From assembly GCA_951406725.2 (NCBI GenBank), contig OX597820.1, positions 49,166,001-49,230,000 of the forward strand: a stretch of 64,000 nt of DNA, written 5' to 3'. Position numbers and translations under genes: made by a program. The notes under the pieces are model-generated. The model had not been told where the DNA came from, ran no database searches, and was given only the letters and a program-made list of their open reading frames with translations. Positions 40,658 to 55,559 of this stretch are shown in pieces. This DNA is from Octopus vulgaris. Lineage: Eukaryota. The first letter of the stretch is position 1. Each line of letters opens with the position of its first letter.

Positions 40658-40743
40658 GGAAATGAAGAAAATGCTGACAAATAATTGAAGTAATTTAAGT
40701 AATTTAATTACTTCAATTATTTGTCAGCATTTTCTTCATTTCC
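40658..40743. repeat. Perfect 38-bp inverted repeat with 10-nt spacer
   Basis: GGAAATGAAGAAAATGCTGACAAATAATTGAAGTAATT (40658-40695) and its exact reverse complement (40706-40743). Confidence 0.95.
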
Positions 40744-40784
40744 TTTTTTATATATCACCACTCGTGTTCGACATCTCCTTTTTT

Positions 40785-40829
<45 letters not shown>

Positions 40830-40893
40830 ACTGTAATAATAATAAAGGTTATTACGAAGTTTCATAGCGTTACGTTTAATTCTGTCTGTCTGG

Positions 40894-40955
<62 letters not shown>

Positions 40956-42534
40956 GTGTGTGTGTGTGTATGTATGTATATATGTATATGTATATCTAGC
41001 TTTTCATAGATCTACAGGTGATCCAACTGCACCGGTTTAACAGTTTAAAGAACGAATGTATGTATATTATATTATAAAATGTTTTTGCTGAGATAAAGGA
41101 CAAGCTTCGACTCCACAGCCATACACCAACAGGTGTCTCTCCATACGCGGAGATCCATAGTGTTCATAATCAGCTTGGATTTCTTGTGACTGAAGGCAAG
41201 AAAACACGGGAAGAGATAGAAATGTATAGGGCTTGGGTGTTAAAACCTCAATAACTTTAAACTGAACCCCATATATAAGAACCAACTGTATTATTTGCCA
41301 AGATTTTTACTAAGGAAACACTGTACTGAAATAATATCTTATATAAAGTGTGTTTAATGCCAGCCTCCACAACACACAAATATCCATTTAGAATGAGATT
41401 TAGAATTAGACAGAGTATGAGATGATCATTCTACGACAGGTACCATTTTACATACTATTCGGCAGTGCATGTGAAAATGTGTAGTACGGTTTTGAGATAG
41501 ATAGAATGGAAATTTCATGATCATGGAAATGAATAGTATAGTGTTATTCAGACAACTATTCAAGTTGTTCGATCAGACATAAATTTGGTCAACTGAAAAC
41601 AATCACAAATGCATGTTCCCTTTCCAATAAAGGGGTTTACTTGAAGTTTTTGTCAACTTACAACTTCGACGCATAAAAGGTTGTGAAAACTTCCAAAATG
41701 TGATCGTGCCAGAGTTAAGAAGCTGTGGCTTTCACAGACTTCTTTTGAAATTTAATTTAATGGAGACTACCATACAAACATTGTCTACACACAAGACATC
41801 ATTCATGGAACATGCAGCAAACATTTTAAAAGTTCCGTTTTAAGTGTATAAATATTTGCAAGTAATTTCAAAGTAATTTATCATTAAAATCACTATGTGG
41901 TATTGAGATATACAGCCGCATAGGAAACATTATGGAATTGGTTCGATTTCTATCAGTAGATTTGTTGCTCGTTTAGCTTCCTATAGTTTACAAATAAATC
42001 ATCTTTAACATATGTATCCAAATCTCAGCTGCTGATTTGTTATATAAACATGGAAACTTAAACGTACGAGCACACATATATATTCATCTTTTCTTATACG
42101 TATATACATACATTGGCACACTCACAAATACACACACGAATACACACACATACACACATATATTACGTGTGTATCTACCTATACACCATACCTAAATATA
42201 TAAAATAAGCGTACGTTCGCATGTGAATGTTTACGTAAGCTGGAACTTAACATCTAATGATGATGGCTGGCACTTTTATGCATTGCATTAAAACATTTAT
42301 AGAAATCTGTCCAAGTACAAACGTTGTTTGACTGATGATAAGGAATCAGTTAAGATAGATATAATGATACTCCGTACATACATTCTACATAAAGTGCCAT
42401 ATATACGTCTCTGTGTACACTGTGTACATTTACACACACACATCTATATACATACATATATAAAAATATGCGATATATGCATATATATAATATGTATAAG
42501 TGACTACAGATATGTACATACACATGCATACGAG

Positions 42535-42614
<80 letters not shown>

Positions 42615-42773
42615 TTACATATATATGTATGCGTGTATGTATATTTATATATATGTATTTATGTGTGTGTATATATATATAGTGATATTAAATTAGTTTC
42701 CTTGTTTATTTAACCCAATCGCCTTTTAGTAACAAGTAAACAGTATACATGTAAACATACGTACACAACAATC

Positions 42774-42825
<52 letters not shown>

Positions 42826-42869
42826 GCATATATGTATGTTGTGTACGTATGTGTTTACATGCATACATG

Positions 42870-42911
<42 letters not shown>

Positions 42912-43794
42912 CATACATGTGGCGTATGTAGGCGTATGTACATATACGTGTTTCTGTATATGTGTGTATATTCTAATTCACTTATGTCATTCATTACTTC
43001 GTTACGTTAACTTCATAAGTTCTTTTACGACAAACCGCATAAACATACGTGCACCTAATTATCTCGGCTTGTATCTTGTATAAACAAAAACAGAAAGACA
43101 CCAAAATACACAAAAAAATAAGAAAAAAAGAAAAAAGGAAAAGCCCAGCCTACATACCAGCTGGCGACGCTAGTCCACCCGAAGTAATAAACACGAAATT
43201 AGGTATAATGAAACCTTGATATTATTAAGTTCGGGTATTCAATGTGTTTCTTTATTTGTACATTGTACATTTGGTAATGAATGCTCGACGGAACTGTTGA
43301 CCCTAGGGTTGTCTAATATTAAGGTACTGTTCATTTGATAAGAGGGTGCGTCTAATGTACAAGTATCAGGGGTAAACATCTACTTTCATGTTATTTGGTT
43401 ATAATACATTTACATCCACTTCGCTTTGCTAAATACCTGGTAATTTTTTTTTTGTCTTTTGGGCGTGTTTGTTATTTTTTAAATTTATTTATGTAATTAC
43501 TTATCGATGATATCTGACTTCATCATTATCATCATCAACATTACTACATCCTCCATCACCGTCAACACCAGTTCGATCATCCTCAAACAATTTGATTATC
43601 ATCATGAAGTTCATTATCATTACCAACATAAACACCATCCTGATCACCATTGTTACGGCGTTACCAAGAACACCATCATCATCAGCAGCAATAACGTCAT
43701 CGTAAATACCTTCAACGTTGCTTTCATCATCGTCATCATTTTGATGAGGATGATCATGATGACGATGATGAAGATGGGAAATCTACTGATTCCA

Positions 43795-44083
43795 ATTCTT
43801 CTTCTTCTTCTTCTTCTTCTTCTTCTTCTTCTTCTTCTTCTTCTTCTTCTTCTTCTTCTTCTTCTTCTTCTTCTTCTTCTTCTTCTTCTTCTTCTTCTTC
43901 TTTTTCTACAACTTCTTTTTCTTCTTCTTATTCTTATTCTTCTTTTTCTTCTACCTCCTCCTCCTCTCTCTTATCTCCTCCTTCGCCTTCTCCTCTTCCT
44001 TCTCTTCCACATCATCACCATCAACGAAATCGTCGTTGTCGTCGTTGTCATCATCATCATCATCTTCATCGTCATCGTAATCG

Positions 44084-44142
<59 letters not shown>

Positions 44143-44222
44143 GTCGTCGTCATCATCATCATCATCATCATCATCATCGTCGTCGTCGTCATCATCATCA
44201 TCATCATCATCATTATAATCAT
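43795..44222. repeat. Compound trinucleotide microsatellite (CTT)n, (CCT)n, (ATC/GTC)n
   Basis: Directly visible; source of the poly-L, poly-I and poly-M ORFs. Confidence 0.95.
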
Positions 44223-44710
44223 CCTAAATTCCTCATGCAAGTCATCTTCGTCGCCGATGCCCTCGTCGTTATTACTTCCATCAGCATTACCGTAATTCAA
44301 CAGATATTTCTTTCCAATCAACTACTGTCGAATAAAAATAGAACTAAAATGGATATGTAGCAGGTGTGTTAACGTCCCTATGTTCTGCTATCACAGCCAC
44401 TATCATCACCACTCCCGTCACTATCATAGACAGTACCGTGTTCAATGTCACCGACATTTTCTATACAACCTCCAATATTACCACGACCACTACCAGCATC
44501 ACCACTTCTGCCGCCGCCACCTCTACTACATCGCAATGACAAGTGTGTCGTGTCAAAGACACCCTTACGAGGTTAGCAGCTAATTTCTAACAACACAATT
44601 GTTTGATGTAAAACAGAAGACAAGTTAATTAATTGGATAACAGATTTCAAACACATTCAACAACACAGTCAGGAAAAATGCACATAGGTATGTTCTTTCT
44701 CACCAACATG

Positions 44711-44766
<56 letters not shown>

Positions 44767-44776
44767 TATATGTATG

Positions 44777-44813
<37 letters not shown>

Positions 44814-45038
44814 GTATGCATGTATGTGTGTATGCATGTATATATGTACGTATGTATGTATACGTGCGTGTGTGTACCATCACACTGTCGAGAACACAAA
44901 CACTTTTCCACTCTCTTGTATGTACGTAATCAGAAACCCCCACAAAAATATGCATGTATCTTTCACACAAATGACATATACATGCATACGTACATACATA
45001 CACACACACACACACATATATATATACACATACATATA

Positions 45039-45096
<58 letters not shown>

Positions 45097-45926
45097 ATAC
45101 ACCTGTAGCTATGCATACTTATGCACACATGTATACTGAGGAAACATGGGTACATCTACGCTCCTAACATAGTAACACTATAGATATAATATCTAATTTA
45201 TACATATAGATCAACATGTTGTGCTAATGAGACTGGAGATAAGACAAATTGTCGTATAACCCGGATGTTAAGAAAAGATAATCACTTGAAACAGTTACAT
45301 CCCCAATATATTAGACTTACATGAAAATAACGAGAAGCTATTTCTGGCTTTAAGAAATAAAAATATGAGACTTGTGCTCTTTGTAACATGTCATTTTGTC
45401 TTATGTTTTCGTTAAATATCCTCAGGACAGCATAGAATGTTCTTTTCAATTAACTGTTGGATTTACTGATTTCGATTCCATCAGTTCTTAATGTATATTA
45501 ATTGTTATGTATTGTTACTTTAGCAAGCCAAAGCATTAAAGTAATCGAGAGATTGTCAGCTTCAAGGCTTTGCTTTATTGATTTGGGCATTGTCCATAGT
45601 AAGTTCAGAGCACGAGAAGGTCATGCAAGATTTTTCAACGCTTAGCAGTTGATAAATAAACTAATATTGTAGCACTGCACTCATTACACCAACCTGAAAC
45701 TGATAGGTGTCACCGTATTTTAATGACATACCTACTTAATTCCATCAAGTGTTCATCGCTCAGGGCACAATTTCCGAGTGTTTGAACTATAGAATAACTG
45801 GCGGAAGGAACGTAGAATGCGCATTTGTGGAGGGTGCCTTTTAATGTAATTGAAACTATATTAGTAGAATTTAAATGTCTGGCATTTCATTTTTAATTAA
45901 TAAATAGTTTAATAGTATATGCCAAA

Positions 45927-46113
45927 AAGGCGAAGAGTTGACAGAATCGTTAACACGTGGGACAAAATGCTTATGTTTAACATCATTTCGTCAGTCCTTG
46001 CGCTCTGAGAGCAAATTCTGCTTAGGTCGACTTTGCCATTCATCCCTCATGGTCGATAGATTAAGTACCAGTTGAGCACCGAAACTGCTGTCCTTGTGCC
46101 AAAATGTGATGCC
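45927..46113 (+). mobile_element. SINE family B, degenerate
   Basis: AGGCGAAGAGTTGACAGAATCGTTAACAC...GGTCGACTTTGCC...AAGTACCAGTTG. Confidence 0.72.
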
Positions 46114-46382
46114 AATAATATATATGCCACTATAACTCGTATATTTTAGTATACCGACAGGATTGAACACTAATCGAATACATGTCTTTACAGATAAATA
46201 AACGTATCTGAAATGTAACATGAAAGTAAATCAACTGATTTTCCTAAAATATCGATCCCACTCATTCTAGTTAAAATCTTTGTACTTGAATCATTCATTA
46301 TGATATTTTTGTTGCGCGCATATAATGTGACATCTACTGGAAAACGAGGCAATCCATTTCAGTATACATAGTAATAATTATA

Positions 46383-46677
46383 CTAGCAAACCGCGAATCC
46401 AATGACGGTGCAGTTGTTAGGTTGGTTTTCGTTGTATTTCTAGCAGAATACTTTAGATTGCATTAATTCGTTTCGCCGAAACTTAGTGCCAGATTATTAG
46501 AGAATATTACATTCATTAGACTGGAGTTGTATCCCAAGGAATTTATGTCTCGTATCGGCTTTACCACGTTAAACAATACCTAAGCATACCTTGGCCGTTA
46601 AATTCTCATCGGGTCTTATAAAACATTTACATTCTACGTACAAACTGAAATATTACATTTTAGACCTAGTATTGTAG
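46383..46677 (-). mobile_element. Possible non-autonomous Helitron
   Basis: A-CTAG terminus followed by ACCG...CGGT hairpin remnant; candidate 5' end A|TCTACAATA on the minus strand. Confidence 0.4.
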
Positions 46678-48131
46678 ATAGGTTTTCCCGTTGTGTGCGA
46701 GTTTTATTTGCAATTTTACGACCACCGTTCCCGCTTCTTCGTTTCTTGTCATAGATGAATAATTAAATATTATAACAGTCTTCATCGCATGATTTATCCA
46801 CTGACACTGTAATAATCTAGCGTTTCAGCATAAATATAAAGGGAATTGGACAATTTAGTGAGGAAGATAAAATATCGAAGCTGTAGAAGACAGAAGAATA
46901 ATGGCTCTTGTCAGAATATACAATAAGTACAGTATGTTAGAAATGATAAAGAATATTCTAGCACAAAAAAGTTATCCGCACGTACTGAAATCAATGAACA
47001 TTATGACAGATTCTTAACAATTTTCGGGTATATTTATTTTATCGAACCTAAAAGATTGAAAATCAGACTGAGGCCGAATATTTTCTTATCAAATTTGTAT
47101 ATATTTCAACATATAAAATAAGTAAGTATGTGTGTATGTGTGTGTGTGAGAGAGAATATGTATACTTATGTACAAACACACATATATATATCGATACATT
47201 TATACATGTATATATAAGTTTACATCATATATTAAATAGTGTCACACACGTATAAATTTATTGTAATTGATCTGTTGTGAAAGATGAGGTTCTGAACCGC
47301 GTCTCGAAGTAATCATGAAACCTATAGGATGTAAATGTTAGATGAATAAAATCAAAATGATGACAGCATATATAGAAACAACGAGAAATCTTCAGAACAC
47401 TTATCTGCCCGATTAAAGTGTTTAATGCAGGGTAGGAATGTAAGGGTAGCAACAATATGGCTGATGAGAAAAGGGGAAATAAATGGGTTACCTATAACCG
47501 AAAAGAGGTAAGATACCAACCATTTCCAAGCAACAAAGTTAATTGTTAAAAAGTTAGAAGAGGCACAATGAGAATAGAGTACACCTGTTTACCAAATGAT
47601 AGAGGGTGGTGGTGAGCTGATATTACTCAGAATACATTGTTCTACTCTGATAGTCATTAAAATTCCAGTTACAAATGTGCCATAATTCTGAATATACCGT
47701 TTGAACAATCGCTAATCAATTTATATATTTGACGACAGTTAATAACATTTATCCAAAAATGAAATGTCAGCCAGATGCTGTAGACATATTGAACAAGGAA
47801 ACAGAAAATAACGGAGTTTATAATAAGGAACGTAGACAAATGCATGTATATCAAATAACATACAATATGAATTCTTGATGAAAACCATGATACATCATCA
47901 GACAAACAGAAAACAATTAATAATTCAAAACTTCTGTAATATAGTAGTTGTTATTCTTGTATTTGTCTATGTTGTACAAATACATAAAATACATGCCACC
48001 GACCAATGTGTTGATACTCAGAGATAATTTTTGTTTATAAAAATGAATATCTGTACAATGGTACGAGGCTACTATGTAAGCTATGGCGTATGGTGTCTGA
48101 TTTAGTGCTCTCTTTTATATGAATAATAGTA

Positions 48132-48275
48132 GTACATTATTTACAATATTTACATTTGACGGATATCTGTCATCTTGTTTGTTGTTAACACAACGTTTCG
48201 GCTGATATACCCTCCAGACTTCATCAGGTGTCTTGGTGAAATTTCAAACGTAAGGTATTTTTCGATGTGTCTGTA

Positions 48276-48342
<67 letters not shown>

Positions 48343-48833
48343 TCACTGCTTGGAATCGAACTCTGAATCTTGGGGTTAGTAGCCCGAGCACTTAACCACT
48401 ACGCCATATGCCCGTGAATTTTAGGGCTTATAAATCTGTGTCCTAGCATATGTGCTGCTTCTTTTAGTTTTCGTATTTTCCAATGGTGTTCTCTGTCTAT
48501 TAGTTTAAGTTAAAATAATAGGGAACACCACTGGAAAATACGAAAAGTAAAAGAAGCAGCACATATGCAAGGACATAACAACCTCCTAAGCAGACCGAGT
48601 ATAGAAATGAACAGCATATGGGAACCGGTATTAAGGAAGGATAGAAATATTTATTACATTTATAAGCTCTAAAATTCACTCCATTATTGCCCACGGGCAT
48701 ATGGCGTAGTGGTTAAGAGCGTGGGCTACTAACTCCAAGATTCCGAGTTCTATTCCAAGCAGTGATCTGAATAATATTAATAAATAACAATAATGAGATG
48801 AGGACAAATATCCGTAAAATGTAAATAATGTAC
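48132..48833. mobile_element. ~700-bp inverted duplication of a tRNA-head plus hammerhead repeat
   Basis: Arms 48132-48501 and 48517-48833 are reverse complements with indels; tRNA-like units at 48340-48413 (minus) and 48695-48769 (plus). Confidence 0.85.
48187..48232 (-). ncRNA. Minimal type I hammerhead ribozyme with canonical core
   Basis: Minus strand: GACAC-CTGATGA-AGTCTG GAGGGTATAT CAGCC-GAAAC-GTT-GTGTT; stem I GACAC/GTGTT, palindromic AACGTT in place of stem III. Confidence 0.75.
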
Positions 48834-49499
48834 CTAATTACTCATCTCATAAATATAGAACTGGACTAATAGTAGTTTTTCAAGAACATTCTTGTTACTT
48901 ACTACGATAGGAAAATATTGAATAACGCTTTAACCTTTTTTTTCTCGAATGAAAATAGATTCAAAGTGTGTGTATAGTTACATTACCAGGTCTACAGTTA
49001 CGATTCTTTGCCCTAGGTATCGAGAAGACACTCGGCAAGAAATAGGAACAAAATTGAAAGAAGAAAATCCAGTAATAATGATGATAATGGTGATGATGAT
49101 GAGGAGGAGGACGGTGATCTGCACAAGAAATGAAAGCAAAAATACTGAAATATTTTCGGCCAATAAATAACATATTTAAGTGTGTCATGGCTTCTCTATT
49201 ATACATAAGCCACTTATCCAACACGCATGAGCATTATGAATGATACGTATACAAACATATTCCAGTAAAGCTGTGACGATCGAAAATATTTTTTTTTATG
49301 AAACAATAACTTTCAAAACTTGAAAAAAGACAACATTAGGTAGAATAACAACTGAAAATAATGCAAAACATATGCCTCCACAATGAAACTTGACCTACCA
49401 AAAAATCAATGAAAATATCACAAGAGAGTAAGGTTTCTGCTATAAGGTAGAACACAAAGCAAAACGAAAAAATAGGAAATCAAATACAAAAATAAACAG

Positions 49500-50760
49500 T
49501 GAAGAAAATAACTGGCATTCAAAGAGGTGTTGGTTGGAAATACCAATAGACACACTAAAGAAAGGCACGCTGAGTATATACCCTCCAATACACACCGCGC
49601 AGCAATAAAAAAACTGTCATGATAGAGCAGCTTGATTTAACAGGGAGAAGGATATATCAATAAATAGACAAGAGAACATTTCAACATCACTGAACAGGAA
49701 TCAGCTTTCACACCTGCCGCAGCAAAAAATGAACAAGCAATTTTAGGAACGGATAAATAAATGTAATAGAGCTTTGCCATATACATCGTTCATGGCAATA
49801 AACTCCGCGAATTCCGACATATTGAATGATCCAATTTAATCTGTAGCAGTTGCAGTATCGAGGGAAACCGAGTTTGATTCCAATAGAGTTAAATCCGCGA
49901 CCAAACCCCAGCAGAAACATGAAGAATATAAAAAAAATCACTTATCATGTTTTTACTTAGCGAAATAGAGAAAGTTGGGGATCTAATAAATGAACAAAAG
50001 GGACCAAAATAATAGACAAATACAACCTCAATAAAAACGAAGAGATTTTGGACGCATAAGAAGAGGTCAAACAAAGAAAAGCAGCAAAAGCATGTAAAAT
50101 GAGATGCTTTGAAAAAACGCAAAGCCTTTTCCCAGGAGATTAAAGTATTTCAATCAAATACGAGATCAAACTGACATATTCATTATAAAAGAAAAAACCC
50201 AACTCACATCCAAAGCAGAACACTAGCGAAACTGCAAAAGCTCAATACAATACAGTAGATCAAAATGGAAGAAAGGAAAAAGAAAATAGCAAGGGGAAAC
50301 ATGACCGTGCATAACCAGTAGCTCATCAACAGACTGAATGGAATTGGAAATCACCTGGGAGGGACAAGGTCACCTAATTCTAACTGAAACACTACACTTG
50401 ACACAAGGACATACGGCTTCATTATTATAGAGTCCTAAGTAACATATTTTTTTTCTTTTGCAACATAGACATGGAGAGAACGGGGATGACGTTCATCCTT
50501 TATCTTATTCAAGGACTCCCAAACTGGAGAGTTTTGAAGAAGAGGAAGCTGCGCAACAACATAAAACCTGGCATAAACGTTGCAGCAGGGTGAGTGCTAT
50601 GTATCTATTCTACATGAATATTTTAGAGCAACACTGCAAAAAAGAAACTACGACGATTCAACTCGTATAAATTTGAAAATTAGCAGGAGACTAAAAGTAA
50701 ACCTGGAATACAATAGACTAGGTAACTTAGAAAGCTACATTCCCAATGCATTCAAAACAT
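49500..50760 (+). mobile_element. Highly decayed R4/Dong-like non-LTR retrotransposon remnant
   Basis: Fragments KQRKAAKACKMRCFEK (~50070) and NWKSPGRDKV (50342), resembling the pre-RT region and RT domain 0 (WKAPGPD) of R4-clade elements; boundaries approximate. Confidence 0.6.
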
Positions 50761-52256
50761 GATAAATGAAGTATACATACACAACTAATGTATTTCGGGC
50801 CAATAACCAAATTTAACTCAGTCTGTACCATGTACAGAGCACCTACAAATCACTGACAAGGATAAACTGAACCTAAAATGTTTTTAAAAAGTGAAACATG
50901 AAAAGATGTAAGAATTTCAATTTCAAATGACAGAAATCGTGAAAAACGTGAATAACGTAGAAACGTGTTTTATGCCTTTTTTTCAGTAATTATGCCACCC
51001 TAGACATCTCACGGTTCGCAGACACAAACATTGATGTCACCAGTCTAAACACAATAGCTTTTGCACAGGGCCCTGTAAAACCAAAACAGTACTTTATTTC
51101 TCAGATGAACTCATGTAGGTATATCGAAAAACAACCAAGTAACATGGCAAAAGCACATGGAGTTAACATGGGAACAAAAAAGAAAAAATACCTTAATCAG
51201 TGAAAGTATCGATAAAAAAATGATAGCGCGGTTAAAAATGAAAGAAATATTACAGAAATGTAACTCAACAAAAAATTAAAGGGTGCCTGAATTGAAACAA
51301 AGTTTAATCTCTGCTATAGCACAAATGATTTGAGAAGAACCCGAAAGTATTTGGTCAAGATATTGATGACAAAGAATAAGCCCTGGACTAAAGGCAGTGC
51401 TACGGCATGGTAGCAGTAAAATGACTGAAACAAATAAAATAATTAAAGAAAAGAATGAAGAAACCTTGAATAATCCAAAATAAAATCTCCAATATTATTT
51501 TAGAACACAGAATATGAAATTAGATCATGAAAGGTTTCAACTAAATAAACGACTATGATGAATTTCACTGAAAGTCTGGAATTGATGATAACATTGTTAA
51601 GAACAAAATATTTAAAACAGTAAGTTTTAGGAAGTGATACACTTGATTAAACATGTCTGCGGAAGAATGAATAGAAAATTTTGACTTCTATAGCATTTGA
51701 ACTGAGAACATAAAAACAGGGAATCTAAAGATGCTGCACTTTTGCTATCAACTCAATAGAGATTCTTCTCATCGATCCGCATCCTTTGTAAAATAAATAA
51801 AACAAGTACCATCAGCAGAATATTACAGGCTATATTTCTCCACGTCTGAACATTTGGTATTACATAATAAGATTTAAAGAAACACGTGGAGGTCAGTACT
51901 AAATCATGTACTTGGGATATTTATGTGGAAGCCGTGCGATAATCTATTTGTCAAATATCCAATAACACAAGTGATAATCAAGACCTGTAATTCCTGAAAG
52001 CAGGCGGTAGCTATAACGAATTTGAATATCTATGACGAAAGAAAGTACAACAGAACATACACATTTTCAGACATTTATGTACGTGTACAACGTACGTTAG
52101 GCACCGACATACACAAAAACAAAACAAAGCCAAAGACATGCACACATTTGCATACCTACATGCACACATGCAGAACTGCCGATGTGATTCTTCACTACAT
52201 AATATGCATATACGTGCAACTGGAGATATAAAGATATATATATATGAGTTACAGAA

Positions 52257-52301
<45 letters not shown>

Positions 52302-52428
52302 CATGCATACGTGTGTGTATGTGCGCCATGTGTGTGTGTGAGTGTGTATCATATATATATATACATATATATATATTTATATATATATATATATGTATAT
52401 TATATCTATCTATCTATCTATCTCTCTC

Positions 52429-52558
<130 letters not shown>

Positions 52559-52658
52559 GGGTGGGCCAAAAGCCGAAGTGAAAAAAAATGGTAGTTGATG
52601 CAACAGCTGAGCTGAAGCTTCCAGATTGCGTCCTACATATCGCGCCTGTCACCAGGTA

Positions 52659-52717
<59 letters not shown>

Positions 52718-53776
52718 TCCTCTCTCTCTTTCTCTCTCTCGTGCACACACACACACATGCACACACGCATGCATGCACGCACACATACACACACACTCAA
52801 ACATAAACACAGACACACACACAGAGAGACGTATATGTAATATATACGAATACGCATGTATATATATATATGTAGATATATACATATATGGATGGAGATA
52901 TAACGTCCATAAATTACCACGCGGCATAGTTATAGCTAACGTTACAATTGCTTTCTTAGCGCAACACGTGCATCGATATGATGCATGTAGGTATACATGC
53001 GCGTATACCTTGTAGCTCAGGCATTAATTTTCCATTCATCTTCTTTGGAGCATTGGTACGTAAACGCAAGAAGGCGGCAAGTAAATTATTCAAGAGTATG
53101 CACGCATACATACACATATATATGCATGAATTAGATATTTCTCTCTCACAAATAATACGAGGTATGAAATTTGGGCGGGGGCATTACTTTGCATTTTTGA
53201 ATTACAAATTAGTGTATAAACCAAGATCAAAAACATGTATCCTTTCATTCTCTCGCTCGCTCGCTCACATTCTCAGATTTTCGAATTCATTCTCATTGTA
53301 TTTGTGACCGTGACGTATGTTTATGTGTGTTTATGCTTAGTAGAAGGTATATTTATGTTAGGTATATTTATACAACGATGAGAGAGTCAGACCCTCTTCC
53401 AACGAAGTATCACATTTCTACTCAGGTATCTCATACTCAAATACGCTCGTTATACCAACAAAATCTCTGGAGTGATGAAATAGTAGTAACACATGCCTCA
53501 CACAGCATCTAGTAAGAACAAGTTCTGTAAGAAAGTGAAATTGGAAATCTATGCATGATATGAGATGTTTTTTTTTTGTTTTTACATTATACTTTTAGTA
53601 TATTTTTCTGCAAGGAACGTGTCGACAGTGGCTGTCAGCTAAATATCATTTCTATCATTCTCTTAAATTAGGAAAGGGTCCACTAGTGTGTGTGTGTATA
53701 TATATATATATGGGGGGGTGCGTGTGTGTGTGTGCATGTGTGTGTGTGTGCGTGTGTGTGTGTGTATTTTGTATAA

Positions 53777-53820
<44 letters not shown>

Positions 53821-54286
53821 CCCACATACATATTTATATACGAGGTCTGATCAGTAAGTATCACCACTATTGATATATTAACGAAGCTAGACCACTTAGA
53901 TTAAAATCGCTTGGCACAAATTGACCTTGAACTCTGCTGTGCATGCGCAAGTTGTAACGACATAACTCTCTGCTGCCGCCAACAACAGTGCTTGGAAGTA
54001 ATATGTGTAGCGAGTGATCGTCGCATTGACCATGACAGAGAAAATTGTCATGGTAATACCTGCTCGGAGACCTGCGCAAACGACTATAAAATTAAATTCA
54101 GAATTAACAAACGGCTAGGGACACATGCCATACGCCCACTACTCAATTCAGACTTACAACACAAATTCACTGCGACGCATTTTTTGTCTTCAAAAGACCG
54201 TGCTCTTCTTAACATTATCCCCCAAAACAAAGCGAATAAGGAAATGATCCGATCACCTTCAAACAAAACCTGAGTAAATTTCTTCG

Positions 54287-54438
54287 AAGGTAAAAGATAG
54301 GTCACCCATATGTATATACCTCTCTATCAATAACAACCCCATCCTTCAATGGGCCACGATACCTCAAAACATGAATTAAAATAACTTTAACAGATAATTT
54401 GAGGAGATGCTATAGAGTTAGATATCGCCTGGGACACT
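54287..54438 (+). repeat. ~140-150 bp direct repeat, copy 1 (copy 2 at 56240-56381)
   Basis: GATAGGTCACCCATATG...CCTTCAATGGGCCA.GATACCTCAAAA.ATGAATTAAAATAACTTTAACAGATAATTTGAGG.GATGCTATAGAGTTA in both. Confidence 0.9.
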
Positions 54439-55559
54439 CTTTGGCCGAAACAGTCTGCAAAAATACATTTTCAAATGGCTGCATTCCTAATTGAAGGCAA
54501 CACGTGATTCTAGTATGTCGACTTAAATACGCAGGGACCTTTTTGCGTTGGAAGTAACATGGGTTGTGGCTAGGGCTTTACATAGTTATTTCCGTGAAAA
54601 AAAGTTCAGATTAGTTTCATTAATACGGACACACACTTAAACACACATATACTCTCAGATCCCCCCACACACAATATATATATGTATTATATATATATAT
54701 ATATTCGTTTGTATATGAATATGTGTGTATGTGTGTGCGTGTGTCTGTGCATTTTTGCGTGTGCATGCATGTGTGCGTGAGTGTGTTCGTCTGTGTGTGT
54801 GTGTGTGTGTGTGTCTGTGCGCGCGTGTGTGTGCGTGCTTGCGTATAATGTAATACGTGAAAAAATATTTATTGAATATTTTACAATTTAAACTTCCTCA
54901 GTATGTAAGTATTCTTGATAAACTTTTCAGGTAGGTAAGTCTTCGGGAAATGCCACCTGTAAAAAAAAAGTCACCGAAAAATGTTGCTAGAAGAAAAAGT
55001 TCCCAAAAGTTGATGGGTCACAAGATAGCAATGTAACATTATATGAAGAGAGAGAAAAAGCTAGGTTAGCAAAAACTTCAGAAAGAACTTTGTATGTTGT
55101 TGCAGTAACTGCAGAAATTCAAGTGGTGGATGATCTGTTCATTAAATGTAAACGATAACTCAATTACTATTTCCTTATAAAAGACTACATATCGCTAATT
55201 ATATGTTTGTAGAAAGTGATACATTATTAGTAGAAAGAAGACCGTGAAATGTATGGGAGGGATTTATTGAACATAATTACACTGGAGGGAGTACATAGGT
55301 TTATAATTAAAGAATGTAAAGTAAAGATTGCTAATTGTTTCGAATATTAACAGTAAAAATAATATGGCTTTTTATTGTCAGTAGAGCTGACGTGTCAAAT
55401 ATTAGGGTTGTGTGAAAAGCAATAGAATTTATATGTAGTTGTGATTTAATGAAGGGTGGGAAACAAATATATAAAAGAAAACATCTGTTGTTGAGGAAAA
55501 AGACTTATTGATATTATGTAGATAATAATATGAATATCGCTGACATTGTAAGATTAAGA

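Noticed and set aside
41100-41950. Possible decayed Penelope/Neptune coding remnant
   Set aside because: Only faint motif resemblance (KCDRAR); not supportable by eye.
43507-44321. 262-aa poly-Leu/poly-Ile ORF and antisense poly-Met ORF
   Set aside because: Entirely explained by (CTT)n and (ATC)n tracts; no domain or splice evidence.
48340-48769. tRNA-like sequences here and at SINE heads as genuine tRNA genes
   Set aside because: Imperfect acceptor stems, diverged copies and embedding in repeat bodies indicate tRNA-derived promoters.
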